The translations under genes and the position numbers were made by a program. DNA of 64,000 nt from Gekko japonicus (taxonomy: Eukaryota). Location of the stretch: assembly GCF_001447785.1 (NCBI RefSeq), contig NW_015162061.1, positions 64,887 to 128,886 on the forward strand. The letters run 5' to 3'. The notes beneath the pieces are model-generated. The model saw only the letters and a program-made list of their open reading frames with translations. It did no database searches and was not told the DNA's origin. Positions 36,393-50,461 of this stretch are shown here, piece by piece; within the stretch, counting starts at the first letter, position 1; each line of letters opens with the position of its first letter.

Positions 36393-38274
36393 CAAAAAGG
36401 GTGGCCATTCAACATTGGTTTTGTGGGTCCATATTAATTTAATTGCTAATTAAAATTCTTAGAAGTCATATCTAAAGAGAATTCAGCAGCCTATAGGAAA
36501 TAATCTGGTAAAATCTATACTTTCGGTAGAGATTTTAAATATTTTCGCAGCTGTAAGAGTGTTCAGAAGATAACCGATGGACAGTATTTTAAGTCCATTA
36601 TCAAGCTGTTATGAATTTTAAAAAGTGGGAAATAAATGTGAATAATAATACTAGACATCTGCAACTGGCCCAACATCCTTCTATTTCTTGTAAGATTTCT
36701 GCTTTTAAAGTCAATATGCATACTAATAATGGAAAACCATGTTCCTAAAAATGTGCTGACATGATACTCTGTCTTCCTTTTTCCTCCTCACGCACTACTT
36801 CATCCTAAATTTTATTTTCCTAACCAGCCTTGGTAACATGAAACTTGTATTTTTATTAGCCACAATTACTCAACCAGCAGTCGCGCAACTGTTTCTAATT
36901 GTAACAAATATAGTAGCAGCGATGTCACATCAGACCAATGGTTCACGCAATGGCCAACCAGGTATTACCAGAAGGCCTACAAGCTAGGCACAAGACCAAA
37001 GCAGTTCCCTACTCCCTCTCCACCCTCAGTGATATTCAGAGGACTAATGACTCAAGAAGTTCTGTTTAGTAATTGTGGCTAATTAAGCCACTGATGGACC
37101 TATTCTCCATGTATAATACCTTTTAAAATCTTCTAAACTAATAGCCTTCTGTGATAATTTTTAAGTGACAAAAATAACTTCCCCCCTATCCTGAACCTAC
37201 TGTCCATCAGTTTCCCCCACAAGTGCCCACAAGTATTATGGTATTTCCACCATTGCAATTTTGTCAGTAAGTCCATTCCTTGTAAACTCTTATTTAAAGA
37301 ACTCTATGCCCTCTCAAATATATAGAGCCAACCCACATCAGATATACTCTTCCTGTACAGCTTTATGCGGGGACAGCCATAGCTGATTAACAGGTTACGA
37401 AATACTGGATGCTCTTGATGGTTTGCAAGTTAGACAGCCTTTTTTCTACATCAATCTATAGAAGAAAGTAACCCATCTTATTGTAATGATTTAGAAATGA
37501 AATATATATAGGACACGTGGTTATAAAATAAGGAGATTTAAAGGGAAATTATGGGAGATAGCATTTACAAGTGCAATTGTACTGGAGCAATTTTGAGAGG
37601 CAGAAATATTAAACTAGGCGTGCCAATTCTACTGGATTGATTAAAAATTATATATCAATGAAGTAGAAACAGAACAAGATTGGCAATTTGTGGAAGACTA
37701 CTATCAAAGAATGTCAAATTTACTTTTTGTTGTAGAACAACTTGTAAATAACTTGTTAGAGTTTGAAACTAATAAAGATTTAAAGAAAAAAATCTATACA
37801 AGAAAATATAAGGAAGAACAAGGAGCGCTATAGGCATCTGCTAAAAATCATGTAACCAGTGAAAAGGAGAAAAACACACTGCTTTATATAGGAATGTTTT
37901 CATTTCAGTAAAATTTAGGATTCTGAAGTCAGAGAAAAGAGGTGCACTATTTGTCTATCAAAGGTTGACTACAGTTAAGTCATATTTTAGGTTACAGTTT
38001 ACTGCAAGAGTTTGCACTTACTGTAATTATTCATAAATCTGGCCTCAAGGACAGAAGACTAATAAAACGTTTTAATTTCATAAACCAATATTACAATCCC
38101 CAGAACAGCAATTTCTTTCACACTGAAGCAAGCATGTTACTAACAGGGCAAAAAAATAAACAAACTAACGCAAGCAGTAGGAGGGCTTAATTTTCAAAAG
38201 ACCTGTAAAAGCCTTCCCAAGAACGGGCATACATTCCATGAAACATGCTAAAAAGCTTCATAAACACTTGCTAT

Positions 38275-38445
38275 TTTATTTGTTTGCCATCAAGTTGCAG
38301 CCAACTTATGGCGAACCCATTGGGTTTTCCAGGCAAGAGACGTTTTCCTTGGTGGTCTCCCATCCAAATACTAACCAGGACTGACCCTGCTTAAGTTCTG
38401 GGAGCTGGTGAGATCAGGTTAGCTTGGGATATCCAGCTCAGGATA
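38275..38445 (-). mobile_element. 5S rRNA-derived SINE, internally deleted
   Basis: GGTCTCCCATCCAAATACTAACCAGG...CCCTGCTTA is the reverse complement of the 5S-like head. Confidence 0.75.
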
Positions 38446-39446
38446 ACTCTTGCTATAGTAAACTGCATTTCAGACAGAGGAAACAGGACGCAAAGCAACC
38501 CATTTTAATCATCATCCTGCAAACCAGCAATGGGCCACAAGAAGCCAGCCAGAAACGTGTAATCAAAATTCTGTGTTAAGTCAGGGATGTTACCCCAACA
38601 AGTATCAGAACTGCAACCTTCCTCTAAGACCCTTTTGGTCTTCTACATCTATTGGTTAGTCAGTTAGAATTTAACTGTTTGTCCGCTCTCTAAAAGCACA
38701 TGCTGTTTGATTAGACTGTTTTAACTAATCACCTAGTACAACTACCAACACATGGGAAAGGTTAAAAGAACAGATTTCCCAGACCAAATTGAGTTTGCCA
38801 GTCTAATCAGGATTTCACACACACGAAACAGGCTTTAACGAAAAGTAAGATAAAATAGTGAACAGAATGTTAAATCTAATAAAGTCTTCAGAAGCTTGTT
38901 GAAAAATCATTTGAAAACCAGATAAAAGCCTTATCAGGCATTACCAAATAAGACAAAAAACCACTTAACAAAACTGAATTAAGGTAACCTATCCCTACTA
39001 TTCATCTCAAACACACTAAATGATAACAAAAAAGGGCTTTAAAATACTTGGATAGCAACAGAAATCCATTTCAAGGACCAGAGAAATGTTATCTTGAAAT
39101 GGCACTGAACACCTCAATGTCCCTTGCAAGTAATTCACTGTGTCATAAGACTGAATACAGAACCCACATTATTAAAATGTGCTTTTCAAAATCCACACTG
39201 TTCTCCCATACAGCAAGTTATCAATGCAAACTTAATTAACAAACATTACCTGAAATTCTGAATATACAATTATTTCAAATGTTTTCCCATGAACTCTTAA
39301 TAGCTCCCACAATAAAAGTATCATATACTTCCTGATTTCAACATACTCATACATGAATTCTTACAACTATGGCCTACATTAGATGATGCAGAATGCTAAG
39401 ATATATCCTTAAATTCAATTTACTCAGTACAAAAAAACAAACTTAC

Positions 39447-39502
39447 ATGAAGGAATGATGAACTGTGGTTCTGTATTACCAGCATATCCCAGTTTGGTAT
39501 AC
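39447..39502 (-). CDS. ACTR3: ACTR3 exon 2 (56 nt; [18 protein letters not shown])
   Basis: Translation matches the Arp3 N-terminus; AG acceptor at 39504-39503 and GT donor at 39446-39445. Confidence 0.97.
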
Positions 39503-42500
39503 CTGTAAAAGAACAATATTGAACAGGTTACATAACAGTGATGCGGTAGAATGGTAATAAAAGATGCCACAGAGAAATATTGTTTCAGAAAAATATGTAA
39601 AAAGTCACTTATTAATCTTAACACTTAAGTACTAGCCCAACTTCAGAATGCACAGTATCAGAAAAATTACCTTTAAAGCAGTTACAATGATCCTAAATCT
39701 GCATCATTTAGCACATAGCTCAGTGTAATAATATTGTTCTAGGCTAGCTAAACAACAACAGTGGTGGGAGAAGAGAAATGCATGGATGTTCTGTAAACTT
39801 TTGCTGCAGTTGATCACCAGCCTGAACAGATTCCACCTAGGACCAACACATGTAAAACATTAAAAAGCAACAGATGTCCAAATGATTTTTCATTTAAAGC
39901 CAGCTTGCCTGCTCAGCTAGAAGTTTAAAAGTGTAACAAATTTTACTTTCTCTCGCCATCTCACTCTGGGTTTTTGTGTTCCTAATATGTTAATTAAGGA
40001 ATTAAATGTCCGCGTCTCTGAAGCACTGTATTGCTGTTTAATAACTTTAAAACCAAGGATCTCAAGGTTGTAGTCTGCCTTTAGACCACTCCATTGCTTT
40101 TTTCTTTAACAGTACGACACATTATTGCTGAGAGACTCTTAAAGAAGTTTTGGTTTTAATTCAAGCTAAATTTTAATATACAGTTCCCAGAATACATTCA
40201 GATTTACATGGTGCATGCGTCCTTACCCTGGAACCCTTACTCTGGTAGACAGACTCTCAAACCAACCTAAATTAAGTCTAATCCAAGTTTAATATATTTG
40301 GATTACAATCAATATAAGTACATTAACAATTGAGCTTAAATTCTATTGAATTATGGCCACACGTTCAAGCATAAGTGGTCAATGTAGTACAGCAAGCCAA
40401 TATTTAGAATCCATTTTACTAGCTATGTGCGCGTTTAATGTCTTTTTGTTAATATATGTTTATTCTGCTCCAATTTCTCTTTGAATTTGATTCTTTACAA
40501 TTCTCTTCTGTACGGTAAATCTCAGTTTTGTCACTAAATCCCTCACCTTTGCTCTTTTGCAATTGCTTCTCCATAGAATGCTCTCTTTTCTCACATCCAT
40601 TATGTTCCCTTCTCAAAGGCATTTAAATGACTCCCCTCATATTTTCATGAATCCAATTTACTCTCACCATCTGGCTATCAATTAAATATCCTTTGTGCCT
40701 GAATATCCGCATCTTCTTTCCCCTTTTCCATCTTAGGTTCCTTGTCTTCTTTTAGACTGCAAACCACAAGCAGGGGACTATTCAAGCTTCTGTATAGCAC
40801 CTAGTGCTGTATTTTTATTGTCAACCAGTAATGCTCTCCAAACAGGACATTTTATTGCTGTTTATTTTTTTACCTGTATTTGATTTCAGCAGTGGAAAGA
40901 CTTTCATGACATGTTAAGGCCATAAACATCTCTCCCTCTCTCAACTATCATGAGAATGGTAAAAGGATACTATCAAATCTTATTCATAGTAGTGGTACGC
41001 AAACCAATAGAAATCAATTTTTATGCTTAACTCTGCATAGGATCAAGCTTATAACTGACTTCAGTACACTTTGTGCTGGCTAACGACCACATGTTTTTAA
41101 TGCTACAAAGAACTTTCTTTAGGAATAGCACAGTGATATTAATGAGTCGCTTCAGGGGTAAGCAGTGAGACCACTCTCTATTACTAGCATAACTGTCATT
41201 GGCATTACTGTGGTATTACAAAGCAGCACTATATTTGCAATGTATCTGGAAGCCAATGTATTAACAGTGCTGTTCTGAACTCTGTACTGTATTGCTGCAT
41301 TTATAATTATATGGCACTAAAATGTTCAGCAGTACAGAAGCCTCCATGAGTCACAATGACAAATGGGCAGGAATGACTTCTATTGACAGAGAAGGAGTGG
41401 AAAAGCACACACTTCAAGTCTTTTAGGCATACATATAGCTAGAGAACCACACCTATTTAAACTGGCTTTCTTCATTCACCAAGGCCAATGAGAGGGACTA
41501 ATTATTTGGAGGAATACGTCCAATTAAAAATCCCCTGAAAACTGAGTCAACCTGACCTACTGGAACCCCAGACCTATATGTAATATTTTAATGGAATAAG
41601 GACTGTAGTCTACTGCAATGATTATTCAAAGTATTATCCTGCTTTTATTGCATTGTCTTCTGCCTCTGTAATTCCACTTATTATACCACCTATAGTATAC
41701 CTTAGGCATTTTGGCGTTCACATTATCTTCTATTTCTACAATCCTAGTCCTATTAAACTGTTCATTCGATATTTTATCCTGCATGAGTACATAGTTTTTA
41801 TTCTATTATCTACCTTTGGTTTCAGTGAGGAAGGCAGACTGTAAATGAATACATTTTAAATTATGACAATAGCTTAAATAATTCAAAACAAGTATTATGG
41901 GATGAAAAAAGATTAGTGATTATGGATTTTATAAAGTGGGTCATCAAATGTTTGAGGTATTTCATAAGTTTCACACTTACCTCCAATGCCAAAACTTGTG
42001 AAACTTCTACATACTAACAAATGCCTCTACATACTTTTGCCTTTCTTGCAGGCATCCCAGGACCCAAGGCCAGTAACACCCAATGCAGACACCCAGTGTC
42101 CCTTGCCAACCAGTTTCCCTCTGGAATGTGATTCCCAGCTGCTCCTATTCTCTGTGAGGTACCACATCCCTATTGACAAGGCACACATGGGTCCACAATA
42201 ATTATGGGTATAAAAGCAATAGGGAAAAGGGGGCAAGGCTTTGTTATAAGCAAACTACAGCATAATATACAGTTCATCCCATGCACTTTCCAAATCAGGC
42301 CTCTTCTACTTACCCCCTTTAGCAGAAGTACAGACTAATTATGTCCTCCTTTTAACACTTTGCTTTTACTGTCTTTTGCATTATCTAATACTATTTACCT
42401 TTGTCAGGCAACCTGGGAATGTATATACAGTATCTCTTGGGCACATGTTTCCTGGGAGATTTGCAGAAAGGTAAAGATAGAATTTAAACTGACAATTGGA

Positions 42501-43424
42501 GAGACCAAGATTCCCCAGAATCATAGTGTGAGTATTCTCAGACTAACAAAAGGAGTCTTATTACCTTTTTCCTATTTCTAGGGAGGTTCATAAATGCAGT
42601 TGGGAACAGATTGTTGCTTTCTAAACTTGTCCAATGCCACCTTCAAATAGGTGCTACATACCAGCAATGATAAGCTCTGAAAATGCCAGTTACATAAATT
42701 TAAACTAGCTACACCTAGCTACATCTACACAGAATCAAAAAGCTAGAGGCAGCCTGTGATGGACAGGTTAGATTCCACCTAAGAGCAACCAATGAGAGCT
42801 GATGGAATGTTGGGGAAAGACAACTGAAAAACAGTGGTTAGAAGGAAGAGGGTAGTTGGGAGCTGGCAGCAGGGATGTTGAGAGGGAAAAGGAAATGTCT
42901 AAGTGAAGCTGAGGTGAAGATCCGCTTACAGCTAGCTAACTAAAAAGAGTCCATTTGTAACACAAGATCCAAGATACCAAAATAGGAAAATACTTCAACA
43001 TTTCCAGGAAAAAGAAACATTGTTACCTCTACCTTACATGTTGTTCAATCCATAAATAAAAGTTAACTCCTTGTTTAACCGTATGGGTCTTGTGTCTCAG
43101 GGAAATAAACGCACAAACACAAAAATTAATATGTAGATAGATAGATGATAGATAGATATAAAATAACATAAGAATAAATAAATAACTCCCTGAAGTGTTT
43201 GAGTGAGGGCCAGTTATTAAAGGGGGCCAGGCTACCCTGACTGTGGATGTCTTTGTGAGTGAGAGAGAGGACCTGAGATGTGAAATGGTCAGGGCTCTCA
43301 CTATATTTTAAAAGCATCAAGAAAGGTGGTGAATGTGATGGCCAGACCTACTTGTAACCCTGAATGTGTGTGAGAGAGAGAGGTTGTAGAGGGTGGTAGG
43401 CACTCTGTGTGAGTGGAAAAGGGG

Positions 43425-43855
43425 CATCACAGGGCCTAAAGACCATCTAGTCCAACCCCCTGCACATGCAGGATGACAAGTCCTATCCCTCACTCCAAGA
43501 CTGTGTCTTCTTTGCTGCTGCATTACACTGAATACTCATTACACTGAATACTCATACTCAATTTGCAGTCCACCAAAATCCCATTCCATTCACACATGCT
43601 ACTGCTCAGAAGAGTATCCCCATCTGGTATGCATGCATAACATTTTTATGACCCAGATGCAAAACCTTACATTTATCTCTATTAAATCGCATCTTGTTCA
43701 CATCTGCCCATTTTTCTAATGTATCCAGGTCTGACTGTATTTTATCTCTATCTTCTGGACTATTCACTATTCCACCTAATTTGATGTCATCTGCAAATGT
43801 AATGAGTAGTTCCTTCACACCCTCATCAACATCGCTGATAAAAATATTATTTAGC
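43425..43855 (-). mobile_element. Older CR1 fragment (RT piece plus 3' end, internally deleted)
   Basis: ORF 43606..43857 has FADDIKLGG...FNRDKCKVLHLG; CR1-like 3' end CATCTAGTCCAACCCCCTGC near 43443. Confidence 0.85.
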
Positions 43856-45556
43856 ATTAAAGCGCAAATAGAAAGAAATCACTTGAAGTGCACAAAACAA
43901 AACATGTAGACATGGATACGAACAGAGAGTTTGGTACACCTCACATGAAAATAAATATTTAAGAACTTGTACTTTTTTATGGCAGTTTAATAAACGAAAA
44001 TTATCTTTACTTTCTTTGAGGCACCAAACATGCAGAAGTATATTCACTTTAAGAAAATTTTAACTTGCTTACAAACCAAAGTAGCTTCTTACTTCCTATG
44101 TGGTAAGTTAGAGAGAGGTATCTCTTATGCATCCACACACCAATCCAGCGTTTCTGCAAAATTCTCAGACAACTATGTAGAACTCTTTATACTCTCAGAA
44201 GACAACTATGGCTTTTTTCTGACATGACACCAACCCATGGTTTAATTAAACTAACTAACATGTTCATCCAAAAAGACACCATTTCAATAACAATGGTTAG
44301 CTGGCTCCAAACCAGAATCTGCAGCTATTATCTGATGATTTATTAACTGTAGCCTTTACTGTGGTTCCATGAGATGTATCACTACTTGTTCCCTAGTATC
44401 ATTGGCTCCAGAGATGCCTCAGTAAAGCAACGTCTGTCTAGGCAAACTATTACTTCAGTGGTTTCTCAAGGTATCTGAACCAAGTCACTGAACACCAACT
44501 GATAAACAAAAGTAAAAATAATTATTATATAGCTTGCCAGAAGTATTAAATGGGCATGAGATTTTATGATAGTGCATCAACTTGTCTACTGATGGATCCT
44601 TTAAAGGTAAGGTAAGATCAGATCAGTTCTACCTCTTTCCTTCTCTTTGCAGTTAGACAAGAGATGCTTACACTCTTGAGTAGCTAGAGCTACAGCTGTT
44701 GCTAGGCAATAAGGACTAGAGAAAAGAAAGGTTGATACACATTTTATAACAGAGATAAGTGTGAAGCAAAGTGCCTTTCCTACCATCCCCCCCCCCGAAG
44801 GGTTAATGTGAACAGTGTTGGGCCTGGGCTGACCTGCAGGTATTGTTAATTGACTCTCTGGCCTGTAGGCTCCTTATCATCTTCAATGCCAAAGATGGAG
44901 GACAGTTAATTGGTTTTTCATGGGAACCTGTGATCTGTAATGGGAGGGGGGAGACTGGGAAAGGTGATGTCATCATCCAGAGGTTTCTCTTGGAGACATG
45001 TTGTGATTGGATACCACCATCACCTGACATGCTAGGCCAAAACCTACAATTCAATTGTGGCCCAAGGTGGTAGCTAGCTGACATTTTCATGGACTATAGG
45101 CCTGCACGATGCTCTGCAATTGCTAAAGACATAGACAATGCTGATTTGCAACCTTCCAATTGAAACTGTGGTTTGTGACACCTAACGCCGCTCTGAACAG
45201 TGTTAGGTAGCAAAGCTAGCTTTTGTTAGCATTTATTCTGTATGATTTCTGAGTAATGTGTTGGCTATAACTATTTTTCTTAATACTTTTGAATAAACTT
45301 AATATTATTTTACAAACAGCAGCCTGGTTCTTGTGTGCACTAACCCTGGGAGCCCACAGGGTTTAACCTCTCATTTCCCTGACAATGAGTCACTATCAAC
45401 GGCGCAACGAGGAAAGGAAGAGCTGGAGGAAAAAACAGTGGAGAGAAGGTGTAAGAAAGTGGTTTAAGTTTAGCAGAGTTGCAGAAGAATGGACCTCAGC
45501 ATCTGGCCAGTGAGTTCAGAAGTATTTTTAAGGAAGAAAAGTAGCTCCAGCTTACA

Positions 45557-46958
45557 GACTCAGCACTGTTTCTGTAAGGGAAGATCTTGTCTCACTAACC
45601 TGTTAGTGTTCTTTGAGGGGGTGAACAAACATGTGGACAAGGGGGATCCAATAGATATTATTTACCTTGACTTCCAGAAAGCTTTTGATAAAGTTCCTCA
45701 TCAAAGGCTCCTAAGTAAGCTCAAAAATCATGGGATAGAAGGACAAGTCCTTTTATGGATCAAAAACTGGCTAGTTCATAGAAAACAGAGAGTGAGTGTA
45801 GGTGGGCAATTTTCTCAGTGGAGGGTGGTAAGCAGTGGGGTACCGCAGGGATCAGAACTTGGTCCACTGCTTTTTAACTTGTTCATTAATGATTTGGAGT
45901 TGGGAGTAAGCAGTGAAGTGGCTAAATTTGCGGATGATACAAAGTTGTTCAGGGTGGTGAAAACCAGTGAGGATTGTGAGGCACTCCAAGGGGATCTGTC
46001 AAGGATGGGCGAGTGGGCGTCAACATGGCAAATGGGGTTCAATGTGGCCAAGTGCAAGGTGATGCACATTGGAGCCAAAAATCCTAAATATAAATACACA
46101 TTGATGGGGTCTGAACTGGCAGAGACTGAGCAAGAGAGAGATCTTGGAGTTGTAGTGGATAACTCACTGAAAATGTCGAGACAGTGTGTGACTGCAATAA
46201 AGAAGGCCAATGCTATGCTGGGGATTATTAGGAAGGGTATTGAAAACAGATCAGCCAATATAATAATGCCCCTATATAAATCAATGGTGAGACCTCATTT
46301 GGAATACTGTGTGCAGTTCTGGGCACCACACCTTAAAAAGGATATTATAGCTTTGGAAAAAGTGCAGAAAAGGGCAACTCGAATGATAAAAGGGTTGGAA
46401 CACTTTCCCTATGAGGAAAGGTTAAAGCGCTTAGGGCTCTTTAGCTTGGAGAAAAGACGACTGAGGGGTGACATGATCGAGGTTTATAAGATTATGCATG
46501 GGAAAGAGCAGGTAAAGAAAGAGGTACTTTTCTCCCTTTCTCACAATACAAGAACTCGTGGGCACTCCATGAAACTGCAGAGCGGTCGGGTTAGAACGGA
46601 TAAAAGGAAGTACTTCTTCACCCAAAGAGTGATTAACACATGGAATTCACTGCCACAGGAAGTGGTGGGTGCTACAAGCATGGACGGCTTCAAAAGGGAA
46701 TTAGATAAGCATATGGAGCAGAGGTCCATCAGTGGCTATTAGCCACAAGGTATAGCTAGGGGCTCTGGGGCAAGTGATGCTCTGTCTTCTTGGTGCTTGG
46801 GGGGGGGTCAACAGTGGGAGGGCTTCTAATGTCCTGGCCCCACTGCTGGACCTCCTGATGGCACTGGTATTTCTGGCCACTGTGTGACACAGAGTGTTGG
46901 ACTGGATGGGCCTTTGGCCTGATCCAACATTGGCGTCTCTTATGTTCTTATGTTCTTA
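45557..46958 (+). mobile_element. 5'-truncated young CR1 LINE (RT C-terminal part and 3' UTR)
   Basis: ORF 45489..46742 has QHCFCKGRSCLTNL, YLDFQKAFDKVPH, GVPQGS and FADDTKL, uninterrupted to the stop; terminal (TTCTTATG)n repeats. Confidence 0.96.
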
Positions 46959-47104
46959 GAAGGGTGACAAATGGGAGCATTTGTGTGTGGTGCGTAAGTA
47001 ATTTTGGATAAGAAGAAAAGGCGAGCTTGTGTGTGAGACTCATGAGGCAGGAGGTTGTAAATAAAGAAGGGTGCTTGAATACGCCATCTGTGTGGGAGCA
47101 GAGA

Positions 47105-47738
47105 AGTGTCTGTGTGTTAAGTTACGTCAAGTGACTTCCAACTTATGGTGACCCTAAGTATTTATGACCACCAAAACATCCTATCATTAGTAGTCTTGCC
47201 TCAGGTCTTGCAAACTGAGGGCCGTGGCTTCCTTTATAGAGTCAATCCTTCTCATGTTGGATCTTCCTCTTTTTCTGCTACCTTCAATTTTCCTAGCACT
47301 GCTGTCTTTTCCAGAGATTCTTGTCTTTTCATAACGTGACCAAAGTACAATAGCCTCAGTTCTGTCATTTTAACTTCTAGGAAAAGTTCAGGCTTGATTT
47401 GATCTAGAACCCACTTATTTGCCTTTTTGGCGGTCTACAGTACCCATAAAACTCTCCTCCAACACCACATTTCAAAGGAATCGACTTTCTTCCCGTCAGC
47501 TTTCTTCATTGTCCAACCTTCACACCCATACATACTAATGAGGAATATTATGATATCAATTATCTTGATCTTGGTCACTAGTGACACATCCTTACATTTA
47601 AGAATCTTTTCTAGTCCTTTCATGGCTGCCCTTCCCAGTCTCATTCTCCTTCTGATTTCTTGTTTGCAGTCTCCCATTTAGTTGATGATGGAGCCAAGCA
47701 ATAGAAAATCTTTAACAATTTCAATTTCTTCATCAGTG
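47105..47738 (-). mobile_element. RTE-BovB-like LINE 3' fragment
   Basis: ORF 47435..47677 has EIRRRMRLGRAAM...MYGCEGWTMKKAD...FEMWCWRR, typical of the RTE/BovB C-terminus. Confidence 0.9.
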
Positions 47739-50022
47739 AAGGCTGCCAAGGATGCTTTCCACTGATCCTAAAAGACAAACTGTCTGGAAGCCAAAGGGGA
47801 AATTAAATTGATTTCAGTTGAAAGAGGATGTAAAAGAATGGTCACTGAACAAGGCCTTCAGCTGAGCAGTAAGGCACACACAGAAGAGACATGGGGAACG
47901 GGAGAGATAATGAATACAAAGAAGGAAGCAGTTTCTAGAATGGCAATGCAGGCAGAATGGAGAACAATTGGTATGCTGGTAGAAAAGGGTTCTGCAGGCC
48001 TAACTAGTTCCCTCTCAAGGCAAAAAGAACAGCAGACTACAGGATGCAGGAGTGGTCCACAGGCACCATTCTAATAAATAAACACAAGGATAAAGACAAC
48101 AGCTAATTGCTCCCATTTTCATGACAGCACTATAGTGATGTATAAAGTTAAGACAATAATCCCCAATATGGTGCCCCTTAACAGGTTTCCCAGCATCTAT
48201 TCGCTTCTTTGACAAAGCATCTCTTCCCCAAAGCAAGAGCCCATCTGAGTTTTCCTACACCACACTGAAGCAGGAGGTACTTCAGAAGAACCTAGGAGGT
48301 ATGTATGGAACACCCATTCAGAAACAGTTGCCTTTGTTACAGGATGGGTTACAACCTCTCAACATCCTGTGACTGCCCCCCAAACATCCCATACAACCCT
48401 TTTGTGATTGCCCCCATAGTAGCCATTTTGTGGCAACACCCACTTCTTATTCTCAAAATTCCAAAAGTGCCCACAGGCTCAACAAGTTTGGGAAACCTTC
48501 CCTTTAGATATTCTTGGACTATCACTGCACTTTCAATTCCACTCTAAACTCAAATTAGCAAAAGGCAACAGATTATGTTTGCTTGGCTGTTTTATGATTC
48601 AAGCACAGGCAAGCCTGTAATTTCTGTTTCCCATGACTGGGTTCTCTGAGAAAAGGGAGCATTAATGGTGTACCAGTGTAACCAATATGGCATTATGGTT
48701 AGAGTGCTGCAATAAGACTGGAAATCCCCACTCAGCCATGAAATTCACTGAGTGATTCCACACCAGTCATTCTCTCTCAGTCTAACCTACCTAACAAGGT
48801 TGTTGTAAGGATAAAGTCCAGGAAGGGAGAGCTCTGTATGCAATTTAAGTTCCTTGAAGGAAGGGCAGGGTAAAATTGTAACAGGTAAGACTGATGGGAA
48901 TGATCATTTGTTGCACTGGTTCATATACCATTCCAAATGCAATTTATATTCCTGATGTATGGAAATTTCAGGTTACAGCAACAGGATGCAAGACTTGAAT
49001 ACAATTAAAAAAACCTCAATGGAACAATAAGTTTCCTTCTGTTTATAAAGTAATTCATAACATTAACTATGTGTAGCATGCGGAACAAGTTTTGTATGCA
49101 TACTGTGAAATAAAAAAATTTAGGCCAGAATTCTACCTATAGCTGGGTGGAGATGCCACTGAACTCCTACTGAGAAAATATGCATAGTATTCAGGGTGTT
49201 TGTGTGACAACAGCTCATTTAATAAAGGAGTAGAGATCAGGCAATAATTTAGCACACTGAAAGTACAAACTGTCACACTAAAGAAAAACTAAGTAAAAGA
49301 CAATTCAAGATCAATGCGCTACTTAATAGTTTATGCAGGAAGTGATCCACTGCACACAAACTATGAAAACTGAAGAAAAATGCTAAGATACACTTCCAGT
49401 AAAAAGTCTAGGATCAAGTTGTACAACTCAGCAGTTCTAAAAATATTCATAGCTACTTTAAGAAATGTGCCAGAGATTGAGTCATGAAAATAAATAAGAT
49501 TATTGGCAGATGCTCCGGCCACACAGCAATGGATATTATCAGCTCTTATTACTAGCATTTCAGATTTTGAATGAAAATTAAACTTTAAGAAGAGCAATTT
49601 CTCATTCACGTAACAAGCAGCAGCGTGCCATCAATTCACAGGAAACAAAAAAAGTACAATAAATTGAATAAAGAAGAAATTTAAATATGGAAAGTCACAT
49701 TTGGTCAACAAATTATGCAACACGAGCACACAAGACATCTGATAAATTAATCAGACCCACCCTACCAATGATTTTACTTAGAAATTACTTAGTAAGCTTA
49801 GTTTTGCAGTGCAATAGTCATTCAATTCATGCACAGCAAAATATGCATAATCTGTGAATTTGAACAAAAGGCATGCCTCAACTGCAGTTTGCAGTAGCAG
49901 TTTTCATTATATAAACTGATCTCACTATTTCACTAATTCTGTATTCCCCATCATTCAAAGGATCTAGCGATTTCATAAAATAATTATACACCATTATACA
50001 TAGAATTATAAAACCCCTAAAC

Positions 50023-50461
50023 CAGGGGTGTCGAACTCATTTGTTATGAGGGCCAGATCTCACGTAAATGAGACCTTGTTGGGCCAGGCCATGTGTGTCA
50101 TCAAATGTAAAGCCAGGTAGCGCAGATATAAACTTTATAAAGGACACAAACACAAAGGATTTTTTTTTTTACTTAAAATAAAAATATGCTTAAAACATTA
50201 GCACTCTTGCAATATTTTGTTTATTTAACAGTGTCTGATAACTGACACCTCTGGCTCTGAATTATTGCATCAAAATGTCTGTTCTATTGCAATCTTGAGT
50301 ATGCTGTTCAGGTACGTATCTGTAAGCTGCAAACCTACGATGATGCAGCAGCAGCAGCAGAACTGGATGAAGAAGCAGAAGGCAGCCAGTTCCACTGTGG
50401 GCCTGATAGAAGCCCTCCGGGGGCCTGATCCAGCTCCCGGGCTGCATGTTTGACACCCCTG
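50023..50461 (-). mobile_element. hAT-type MITE (439 bp), same family as the 10405 copy, inverted
   Basis: TIRs; perfect 8-bp TSD CCCTAAAC (50015-50022 and 50462-50469); ORF-track peptides nearly identical to those of the 10405 copy. Confidence 0.93.

Noticed and set aside
1887-39502. Assignment to ACTR3B
   Set aside because: Apart from Val44 (and RERE, which I recall also occurs in bird ACTR3), the diagnostic residues match ACTR3.
44640-45384. Possible solo LTR (AATAAA followed by a ...CCCTGACA end); similar candidate at about 42750-43120
   Set aside because: No matching TG start or TSD could be identified, so it is not supportable as a feature.
45489-46742. 417-aa ORF as a host or domesticated gene
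   Set aside because: It is a 5'-truncated CR1 ORF2 lacking the endonuclease domain, and the ATG comes from flanking DNA by chance.
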